A DNA stretch of 64,000 nt, taken from assembly GCA_963750165.1 (NCBI GenBank), contig CAVVPN010000003.1:1664001-1728000 (forward strand). The letters run 5' to 3'. The notes under the pieces were generated by a model. The model did not search any database. It saw nothing but the letters and a program-made list of their open reading frames with translations, and was not told where the DNA came from. This stretch comes from an uncultured Gemmataceae bacterium (lineage in GTDB: Bacteria > Planctomycetota > Planctomycetia > Gemmatales > Gemmataceae). Positions 9,001-16,400 of this stretch are shown here, piece after piece (the first letter of the stretch is position 1; every line of letters begins with the position of its first letter). A program made the position numbers and the translations under genes.

Positions 9001-9885
9001 ATGAACGTTGCCACGCTGCCCGTCGCACCGGCCGTCCGCTTTCACCTGTCGCTGAACGTCTCCGACCTGGCGCGGTCGATCCCATTTTACAGCACGCTGT
9101 TCGGCACCGAGCCGGCCAAGGTGCGGGCCGACTACGCCAAGTTCGAGTTGAACGACCCACCGCTGGTGCTGTCGCTGGAGCCGGCGGCCGCGGGCAAGGG
9201 CGGCTGGCTGAATCACCTCGGCTTTCGCATGCCGGACGCCGCCACGCTGGTCGCCATGCAGCGCCGCCTGGAAGAAGCGGGCATCCGCGCCCAGCGCGAG
9301 GAGGGCGTCGAGTGCTGCTACGCCCGGCAGACGAAGTTCTGGGTCACCGACCCGGACGGCGCGCTGTGGGAGATCTACACCTTTGACGGCGACATCGACC
9401 ACCGTGGCGTCGGCCAGGATCTGAAGACCGTGGCCGCCCCGGCTCCCGCCGCCAATGGCCACGCCGCGCCGGTCGCCGGCGCGTGCTCGTGGGAGCACCG
9501 CCTGGGCGAACCGGTGCCCGCCACCATCCCGCTGGCGGACAACAGCGCGGAAGAAGTGCGGTTGCGCGGCACCCTCAACCTGCCACTGGAAGAAGCGGTG
9601 AAGCGCCAGTTATTGCAGGAGGCGGCGCGCGTGCTGCGGCCGGGCGGCCGGGTGTTCGTGCATGTGCTGGTCGCGGATCGGCCGCTGGTCGCGGCGCCAC
9701 AATTGCCCGGCCCGGCGGCGGTGGTGCAGTACGTGCCGCTGGAGGCGGAGCCGATCAAACTGCTGGCGACCGCGGGGCTCAAGGAGATTCGCCTGCTGAA
9801 GTTTGGGGCCAGGCCCTGCTTCACACAGGACGGCGTGGAGATGCGCGAATTGCAGGTCGAGGGCTGGAAGCCCGCGGCAGGTTGA
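9001..9885 (+). CDS. ArsI/CadI-family VOC metalloenzyme fused to a methyltransferase-like C-terminal region
   Basis: RFHLSLNV..FYSTLFG.EPAKVRADYAKFEL.DPPL, LNHLG, ECCYARQTKFWVTDPDG..WEIY; tail IPLADNS..LLQEAARVLRPGGRVFV. Confidence 0.85.
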   Translation: MNVATLPVAPAVRFHLSLNVSDLARSIPFYSTLFGTEPAKVRADYAKFELNDPPLVLSLEPAAAGKGGWLNHLGFRMPDAATLVAMQRRLEEAGIRAQREEGVECCYARQTKFWVTDPDGALWEIYTFDGDIDHRGVGQDLKTVAAPAPAANGHAAPVAGACSWEHRLGEPVPATIPLADNSAEEVRLRGTLNLPLEEAVKRQLLQEAARVLRPGGRVFVHVLVADRPLVAAPQLPGPAAVVQYVPLEAEPIKLLATAGLKEIRLLKFGARPCFTQDGVEMRELQVEGWKPAAG

Positions 9886-9922
9886 CGTTGTCAGGGCGCC
9901 GGGGAGGGTTGCGGAGCGCTTA

Positions 9923-9983
9923 GCCGCAAGCGGCAGAAAAGATGGGTTTGAGCGCGAGCCCCTTCTTTTCTGCCGCTTGCGGC
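9923..9983. repeat. REP-like hairpin between convergent genes
   Basis: gccgcaagcggcagaaaaga ... tcttttctgccgcttgcggc; same gccgcaagcggc core as 14284-14349. Confidence 0.8.
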
Positions 9984-9992
9984 CTGGTGCGC

Positions 9993-10409
9993 TTACTGCC
10001 GCGGTTGGCCGAAGCGCTTCGGCAGAACCACGCCCCACCCAGAACCGCCGCGGCGCAGCTGGACCGCCTCCTTGAAGCGGTGCTGTTTCTTCCGAACGGT
10101 GCCAATGAAGGTGACGTGCGCGATCGCCTCGGCCCCGTGTTCCTCGCAGGTTCGCAGTTTCACCTCCTGCGGTTCAAAGCCGAGCTGCCGGCGGTAGGTC
10201 TGGGCCAGCGCCTCGAAGCGTTCCGGCGGATACTTCGCCCGGCTGTCGAGGTGCAGCGCCGCGTGAGCGCGCCGCCAGTCCTTGTGCAGCAGTCCCTCGA
10301 AGAAGTCGCGCACTGCCTGTCGCGAGCCGGTGTCCGCGGGCTCCGCCGGCGCCTGGCCGCAGCCCGCCAGCAGGGCGAGCACCAGCAGACAGCAACCGCC
10401 GCGCCGCAT
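9993..10409 (-). CDS. Putative lipoprotein
   Basis: MRRGGCCLLVLALLAGC lipobox; RBS ggaggg; 22 nt downstream of the DUF1559 gene. Confidence 0.75.
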   Translation of the reverse strand: MRRGGCCLLVLALLAGCGQAPAEPADTGSRQAVRDFFEGLLHKDWRRAHAALHLDSRAKYPPERFEALAQTYRRQLGFEPQEVKLRTCEEHGAEAIAHVTFIGTVRKKQHRFKEAVQLRRGGSGWGVVLPKRFGQPRQ

Positions 10410-10431
10410 GTCCCCTCCCTCCGCGTCGGGC

Positions 10432-11199
10432 TCAGTACGGGTAGCTCATGTCCTGGGTGAAAACAACGTGATCGGGGAACAGGTCCGCCACGGCGTCATC
10501 CCACGCCAGGCTGACGACGTGGCCGTCCAGGTACAGGTAATTGGCGGCGCCGTTGTGCCGACGGTAGGCGATCCACGGCTGAAACGTGTTGGTGCCCAGC
10601 CAGATGTCGAAGTCGTCCTGTTTGGGGTCGCCGCCCGCCGCCAGGATGCCGTCCGCGTCGCGCTCCGTGTAGGCGATGAAGTTGGACGTGCCGACCTGCT
10701 GGATGAAGCGCAGCAGCGTCCAGCGCCCGTAGCGGCGCGTCTTGTGGCTCAGCTGCGAGTTCAGCAGGTAACTGGTGCGGTTCCAGACGCCGTCGCCGTC
10801 CGGCGCGGGGTAGCGCTGCGACGGGTCCGCCGGGCAGCGGTAGATGGTTTCGCTGGGCGTGATGATGCCCTGCTTGGACAGGGCCTCGTTGGCCTCGTTG
10901 TCGCCGCCGATGAAGGGCATGAGCTTGTCTTCCCAGTAAATCTCGGCGAAGCTGTTGGCATCCGCGGTGTTGGTGAGCACGTCTGCCTCGAAGGGGTGAT
11001 GCAGGAAGAATTGCCCGTTGGTGGCGTCGTAATACTCCAGGCTCGCCATGCCGATCTGGTGCAGGTTCGACTGACACTGCGTCCGCAGCGCGGCGGCCCC
11101 CGCCTGCTGCACCGCGGGCAGCAGCAGGCCGATCAGCACGCCGATGATGGCGATGACCACGAGCAGCTCGATCAGCGTGAACGCACGGCGGGTCGGCAT
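10432..11199 (-). CDS. DUF1559 protein (prepilin-type N-terminus, H-X9-DG)
   Basis: [59 protein letters not shown] aggag. Confidence 0.93.
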   Translation of the reverse strand: MPTRRAFTLIELLVVIAIIGVLIGLLLPAVQQAGAAALRTQCQSNLHQIGMASLEYYDATNGQFFLHHPFEADVLTNTADANSFAEIYWEDKLMPFIGGDNEANEALSKQGIITPSETIYRCPADPSQRYPAPDGDGVWNRTSYLLNSQLSHKTRRYGRWTLLRFIQQVGTSNFIAYTERDADGILAAGGDPKQDDFDIWLGTNTFQPWIAYRRHNGAANYLYLDGHVVSLAWDDAVADLFPDHVVFTQDMSYPY

Positions 11200-11231
11200 G
11201 GCGGGTCTCCTTGAGGGCCGCGGTTCCTGGC

Positions 11232-11258
11232 GTATGACGAAATCCAAAATCGTAATAC
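11232..11258. promoter_or_regulatory. NikR operator candidate
   Basis: GTATGACG-aaatccaaaat-CGTAATAC, a near match to the GTATGA-N16-TCATAC NikR consensus (15-nt spacer here); lies between the DUF1559 gene and nikR. Confidence 0.8.
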
Positions 11259-11355
11259 TGAGGCCCAGGGTGGACGGCAAGGCACGGCCGGAAAGTTTCT
11301 GGTGGCGGCAGGGGCCGGGCGGTACAGTGGAGGGAAACCCGGGGAGGAGTTGATC

Positions 11356-11823
11356 GTGTCAGAACTGGTGCGGTTCACGGTATCGCTGGAGGCCGATCTC
11401 CTGGAGGAGTTCGACCGTTATTGCCTGGAAGGCAAGTTCCCGACGCGCAGCGAGGCGATCCGCCATGTGCTGCGCGAGACGTTGAACCAGCACGCCTGGC
11501 TGGCGGACGCTCAGGACGCGGCGGCGACGCTGACGCTGGTCTACGACCACCACCGCACCCGGTTGTCGGAGAAACTGCTGGATTTGCAGCACCGGCACGC
11601 GAACCTGGTGGTGTCCACGATGCACGTCCACCTGGACCACGACACCTGCCTGGAGGTGATCGTGCTGCGCGGCCGGGCCGTGGCGCTGCAGGAAATGGCG
11701 CTGGAACTGCGCGGCCTCAAGGGCATCCACAAGGGCCAGCTGGTGCTGGCGGCCGCATCGCCAGCGGAGGAATCAAACCACGGAACACACGGAACACACG
11801 GAAAAAAGACAGAAGAGAAATAA
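11356..11823 (+). CDS. nikR: Nickel-responsive transcriptional regulator
   Basis: RHH N-terminus VRFTVSL..LLEEFD..RSEAIR, plus [24 protein letters not shown] metal-binding motifs. Confidence 0.96.
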   Translation: MSELVRFTVSLEADLLEEFDRYCLEGKFPTRSEAIRHVLRETLNQHAWLADAQDAAATLTLVYDHHRTRLSEKLLDLQHRHANLVVSTMHVHLDHDTCLEVIVLRGRAVALQEMALELRGLKGIHKGQLVLAAASPAEESNHGTHGTHGKKTEEK

Positions 11824-11885
11824 TGAGTACCTGGGTGGAAGTCCCGGGGCGTGGACTCCCGTGTTTTCCGTGTGTTCCGTGGTTT
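11775..11885. repeat. 9-mer-based inverted repeat overlapping the nikR 3' end
   Basis: aaaccacggaacacacggaacacacgg ... ccgtgttttccgtgtgttccgtggttt. Confidence 0.8.
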
Positions 11886-11892
11886 TTTTAAC

Positions 11893-13053
11893 TCAAGTGA
11901 TGCGCTTGACGATCAGCGTGGCGTACGCCCCGCGCGGCAGATCGAAGCCCAGCGTCAGCTTGAGCCGGTCGGGGTGGCGCTCGTCCGCCGCGAACGTGCC
12001 GCGCAGTTCCGCCGGCACACACAGCGCCGCCCGATCACCCTTCGAGAAGAATAGTTCCTTCAGCCCCTTCAACCGCAGTTGCTCGAGCGTCACGCCGTCC
12101 TCCGCGAGCACGTCGCGCAGCAGCGCCAGCCGTGAGTCGTCGTCGGCCAGGCCGTGCCGTGGCGATGGCAGCGGCAACCGCAGGGACTCCAGCGCCGTGC
12201 GCTGTTCCGGCTCCAGGCTCCGCGGCATCGGCACGTCGCCCAGGCGCAGCCGGATCGACACCAGCTGTTCGGGCCGCAGCTGGGCGGTCAGCCAGCGGGC
12301 GAGCAGGCGGTTCCACAGATGACTCTGGTACGCCGCCAGATACAGGCCGCGCAGGTCCGGCTGCAAGCGCTCGACCGCCCCGCGGAAGTCCGTGGGGTGG
12401 TGGACCAGGTAATCCACCAGGCTGCGGGCGTGGCCGCGCGACAACTGCTCCTTCAGCGTCGGCCAGTCACCCCAGTGCTGCCGCAGCAGTTCCTTGTCGC
12501 GGCGCTGGGCGGCGCGGTCGTGCTCATACGGGGCCGTCAGCGCCAGCCGCAAGCCCTGCTCGAAGTTGCCCAGCGCCAGCTCCCGGGCCATGAAGCCGCC
12601 GCCGCCACTCACCGAACCGAAGCGCTGGTCGTCGAAATAACTGGGCACCCCAACAGCGCGCACCTCGTCCAGCGCCTGCTGCATCGCGGTCTGGTCCGCC
12701 TCCGCCACGGCTCGCAGCGTCAGCAGGAAACGGTTGCCGCGCATGTCCTGCGAGGTATACGCGGCCGGCACCTGACCGAGATACTCCAACTCGATGCCGT
12801 CCTGCGTCAGTCGTCGCTGTGGACCGTGGAAAATGGTCAGATACTGCACGGTCAGCGCGTGCCGATCCTTGAGGCCACCGTAGGACAGTCGGCGGTGCTC
12901 GATACGCCAGCGGCGGCGCACCAGGTTCAGGGCGTCCAGCGTCGTCCAGCCGCGCTTGGTCAGGCGGTAGAGCGCGAACGCGCCGGCGCCGGTCGGAACC
13001 ACGTCGGTCAGTTCCTCGACCTGAAAGTCTTCGGGTTGTTGCTTGAGCTTCAT
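11893..13053 (-). CDS. truD: tRNA pseudouridine(13) synthase
   Basis: MKLKQQPEDFQVEE, YGGLKDRHALTVQ, GNRF, SYFDDQRFG, AYQSHLWN, FDLPRGAYAT. Confidence 0.95.
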   Translation of the reverse strand: MKLKQQPEDFQVEELTDVVPTGAGAFALYRLTKRGWTTLDALNLVRRRWRIEHRRLSYGGLKDRHALTVQYLTIFHGPQRRLTQDGIELEYLGQVPAAYTSQDMRGNRFLLTLRAVAEADQTAMQQALDEVRAVGVPSYFDDQRFGSVSGGGGFMARELALGNFEQGLRLALTAPYEHDRAAQRRDKELLRQHWGDWPTLKEQLSRGHARSLVDYLVHHPTDFRGAVERLQPDLRGLYLAAYQSHLWNRLLARWLTAQLRPEQLVSIRLRLGDVPMPRSLEPEQRTALESLRLPLPSPRHGLADDDSRLALLRDVLAEDGVTLEQLRLKGLKELFFSKGDRAALCVPAELRGTFAADERHPDRLKLTLGFDLPRGAYATLIVKRIT

Positions 13054-13354
13054 GGCCGGGACTGAGCGCCATGGGAGGATGGCAAACAGTGGAGGGGAAG
13101 CCGAGCGCAAAAAAAGAGACCGAGAAATTTGGAATCCGAAACCGTCGCCCAGTCAGTTTCAAACTCGCATTTATTTCTCGATCTCTGCCCTCATCATAAC
13201 CGTTTCGTCCCGCATTGCAAGCGCAAGACACCCTTTTTTTAAAAAATCCGCAATTTTCTGGATTCTACCTGAAAAATTCATCGTAACTCTGGTTGTGCTT
13301 GCGGGTTATGCGAGCTGAAGCGTAATGTGGTGGGTCGGGCTTCGACCAGAAGCA

Positions 13355-13394
13355 AGAACAGCCAGGACTCCGGAACCCCGAAGTCCTGGCTGTT
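13355..13394 (-). terminator. Hairpin downstream of tsf
   Basis: aacagccaggact ... agtcctggctgtt, 13-bp stem just past the tsf stop. Confidence 0.55.
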
Positions 13395-13416
13395 GTCTGG
13401 TTCGGCTTGACGGCGA

Positions 13417-14256
13417 TCAGGAAACCACCTCGCCCACCTTGTAGCGGATGAACTTGACCAGTTTCAGGCCCGCCTTCTGCAGCAGTTCGCCAACGGTCTG
13501 CGTGTCGTCCTTGACGAACGGCTGCTCGACGAGGACATTCTCGGCGAACCAGGTTTTGAGTTTGCCCTCGGCGATCTTCTCGGCGATCTGCTGCGGTTTG
13601 CCGGTGGCGACCGCCTGGGCGGTGGCGATCTCCTTCTCCTTGGCGATGGTGTCCGGCGCCAGGTTCTCGCGCAGGGCCGCCAACGGATTGCGGGCGGTGA
13701 TGTGCATGCACACGTCGCGCAGCAACTGCGGATCGGCCCGCTCGCCCGCGACGACGATCAGCACGCCGACACTGCCGTCGTGGTGCGTGTAGCTGCCGAG
13801 CAACCCGTTCGCCTCGCGGCGGAAGCGTTGCACCTTCATCACCTCGCGGATCAATCCGATCGTCTCGGTGAGGCGATCATTGACCGTTCCCTGGCCGTCC
13901 ACGTAAGGCTGCGCCAGCAACTCCTCAACGGTGGCCGGGTTCTTCAGGGCGATCTGTTTCGCCAGATCATTGCCGAGATTGACGAACCCTTCCGCCTTCA
14001 CCACGGGCGGGCTCTCGCAACGGATCTCGGCGATGGCGCCGGTCTTCATATCTGGGGAGATCCAGACGGCGATGCGACCCTCGGCGGTCTCACGGTCGCC
14101 GCGCTTAACGATGAAGCCGGCGTGCTTCTTGCGCAGGTATTCAATGGCCTTGTCCATGTCGCCGCTGGAATGCGTGAGGGCTTCCTTACACTCCATCATG
14201 GGCAGGTTGGTACGGTCGCGCAGGGCCTTGACGACGGTGGCGGAGATATTCGACAT
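13417..14256 (-). CDS. tsf: Elongation factor Ts
   Basis: ISATVVKALRDRTNLPMMECKEAL, RETAEG, SYTHHDG, CMHITA, KIAEGKL, LVEQPFVKD; directly follows rpsB. Confidence 0.97.
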   Translation of the reverse strand: MSNISATVVKALRDRTNLPMMECKEALTHSSGDMDKAIEYLRKKHAGFIVKRGDRETAEGRIAVWISPDMKTGAIAEIRCESPPVVKAEGFVNLGNDLAKQIALKNPATVEELLAQPYVDGQGTVNDRLTETIGLIREVMKVQRFRREANGLLGSYTHHDGSVGVLIVVAGERADPQLLRDVCMHITARNPLAALRENLAPDTIAKEKEIATAQAVATGKPQQIAEKIAEGKLKTWFAENVLVEQPFVKDDTQTVGELLQKAGLKLVKFIRYKVGEVVS

Positions 14257-14283
14257 GGGGGTTCCTCTCAGGAGCAGAAGATG

Positions 14284-14349
14284 TCTTGCCGCTTGCGGCG
14301 TAGCGGCCGCGCTCGGAAGCGCTGGCCGCTTACGCCGCAAGCGGCAAGA
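14284..14349. repeat. REP-like hairpin in the rpsB-tsf spacer
   Basis: tcttgccgcttgcggcgtagcggcc ... ggccgcttacgccgcaagcggcaaga. Confidence 0.8.
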
Positions 14350-14362
14350 GAGGCAATCTCAA

Positions 14363-15349
14363 TTATTCCACGACAGCCGGGGCCGGCCGGGGGTTCGCGG
14401 CAGCGTTGCCGCCCTGCGGGCTGTCGCCCTCCGGACCACCGCGGCCGCCACCCGGCGGGCCGCCACGGCCGCCGCCCTGCGGGCCACCACGGCCGCCACC
14501 CTGCGGGCCGCCGCGACCGCCACCCTGCGGGCCGCCGCGACCGCCGCCCTGCTGCGATGGCGGTTCCGGCGCCGCCGCCCGCCCCTCGCGGATGGCGTCG
14601 GCCAGGCGGGCCAGGATCAACTCGATGGAGCGGATGCTGTCGTCGTTGCCGGGGATCGGCAGATCAACGGTGTCCGGATCGCTGTCGGTGTCGATCAGCG
14701 CGACGGTGGTGACGCCCATGCGCTGGGCTTCCTTGACGGCGATGTCCTCGCGGTGCGGATCGACGACGATCATGGCGTCGGGCAGCCGATTCATGTCGCG
14801 GATGCCCTGGAGGTTGCGCGTGATCTTGCTCAGTTCGCGGTTGAGCTGGGCGACCATCTTCTTGCTATAGGTGCGGATGGAGGCGTTCTCGGGGGCCTTG
14901 GTCAGGTCGAACTTGCCCGACTCGTTGAGCATGGTCTTCATGTAGGCGTTCATGTCGAGCTTGTCGGCGCGTTCGCCGGCGGGCAGCCACATCTGCTCGA
15001 GTTCCTGCAGGCGCTTGAGGCGGTCGCGGATGGTGCGGTAGTTGGTCAGGGTGCCGCCGAGCCAGCGTTCGCTGACGAAGGGCATGGTGCAGCGCGCGGC
15101 CTCGCGCTCGACGGCCTCTTTCGCCTGGCGCTTGGTGCCGACGAACACGACCAGGCTGCCGCGGCTGGCGATCTGCGTCAGGTAGCGGTAGGCGCGCAGC
15201 AGGCCGCGCACGGTTTCGCGCAGGTCAATGATGTGAATGAGGTTGCGTTTGCCGTAAATGAACGGCCGCATTTTCGGATTCCAGCGGCTGGCCCGGTGTC
15301 CGAAATGAACGCCGGCCTCGATCAAATCCTTCACTTGCACAATGGCCAC
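14363..15349 (-). CDS. rpsB: 30S ribosomal protein S2 with Gly/Arg-rich repeat tail
   Basis: [37 protein letters not shown] start with ggagg RBS. Confidence 0.98.
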   Translation of the reverse strand: MAIVQVKDLIEAGVHFGHRASRWNPKMRPFIYGKRNLIHIIDLRETVRGLLRAYRYLTQIASRGSLVVFVGTKRQAKEAVEREAARCTMPFVSERWLGGTLTNYRTIRDRLKRLQELEQMWLPAGERADKLDMNAYMKTMLNESGKFDLTKAPENASIRTYSKKMVAQLNRELSKITRNLQGIRDMNRLPDAMIVVDPHREDIAVKEAQRMGVTTVALIDTDSDPDTVDLPIPGNDDSIRSIELILARLADAIREGRAAAPEPPSQQGGGRGGPQGGGRGGPQGGGRGGPQGGGRGGPPGGGRGGPEGDSPQGGNAAANPRPAPAVVE

Positions 15350-15454
15350 GCACGGCCCTCCTGCCCCCACGGCGGTGATTCGGTGACAAATGTATTACCA
15401 GCGACCTACAACAAGGGCCATTGTAGTCGCCCGAGCAACAGGGTGAAGAGGTAA

Positions 15455-15483
15455 ATCGTACCATGACCGCAGACAACGGTCAA
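15455..15483 (-). promoter_or_regulatory. Sigma70-type promoter of rpsB-tsf
   Basis: Minus strand TTGACC-17 nt-TACGAT with an extended -10 TG. Confidence 0.65.
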
Positions 15484-15518
15484 AGCATTTCTGCGGGAAA
15501 TTCAGGGGCGGGTGTGCC

Positions 15519-16247
15519 CTACCTTTGCGGGGCGTGCGACTTCCGCCGGACAGCACGCTGGAACAATCCGCGGACCAGCAGACACGAGCCGGCGCCGGCG
15601 AACAGGAGCAGGCTGGCCGGCTCCGGAGTTGGCGCCGCCGCCGCTTCGTTCCCCTGGACGTTGCGGAGATAGGCCGTGGTGGTGTAGCCGTCATCGCCGC
15701 CGTTCAGGATGAACTCCAGCACGGGGTCGTTCTGCTGCGCGAGATCGCCGGTGACATCCAGGGTCACGAGCGTCCAGCCATCGGCGAGGGTCATGGTGCT
15801 GACGGGCGAAGGCGAATATGGGCCGGTAAATTGCTGTCCCGTGCGATCCACGCTGAAGAACGCTGGGAAGTCCAGCGGGTCATTGGGGTCGGTGGGGGCG
15901 TAGGAACCCGAAAAGTCCGAGTTCCAGAGCGTGGCCTGGAAGCTGTCGGGCGGATCGCCCACGTTGGGTTCCCCTCCCGTCGAGGTGAGGAGGTACTCGA
16001 AGCTGATCGAGGTGGCGTCCGTCGGCAGCGTGAAGACCTGTTGGAGTTGGACCTGGGCGAAGGTGGAACTTTCCGCGAAAGTCACCACCCCGCCGCTGAC
16101 GGTGGGAGCCGCGCCGAACTCGGTCGTCCAGGCGGGGGCCAGTGGATCGGAGAAGTTGCCGTTCTGAATGAAACCCGCCCTGGCGAACGGAGCGCCAACC
16201 GCCAGTTGTGCGCACACCGCCACCAGTATGAATGCCCAGCGCCGCAT
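15519..16247 (-). CDS. PEP-CTERM sorting-domain surface protein
   Basis: Signal peptide MRRWAFILVAVCAQLAVGAPFARA; C-terminal TPEPASLLLFAGAGSCLLV..RRK. Confidence 0.9.
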   Translation of the reverse strand: MRRWAFILVAVCAQLAVGAPFARAGFIQNGNFSDPLAPAWTTEFGAAPTVSGGVVTFAESSTFAQVQLQQVFTLPTDATSISFEYLLTSTGGEPNVGDPPDSFQATLWNSDFSGSYAPTDPNDPLDFPAFFSVDRTGQQFTGPYSPSPVSTMTLADGWTLVTLDVTGDLAQQNDPVLEFILNGGDDGYTTTAYLRNVQGNEAAAAPTPEPASLLLFAGAGSCLLVRGLFQRAVRRKSHAPQR

Positions 16248-16400
16248 GACAGTCTCCGAATTAAAGAGGGTGCATTGATGAATCCGGGAATTTCCCGCAC
16301 CTATTGATACAAATACTCCAGGCATCCAGTGTGCTGGCGGAGCGCCGGACAAGCAACAACAATTTCGCTTTTTCGCCCCACCCCTTGCCTGCCCCGCTGG

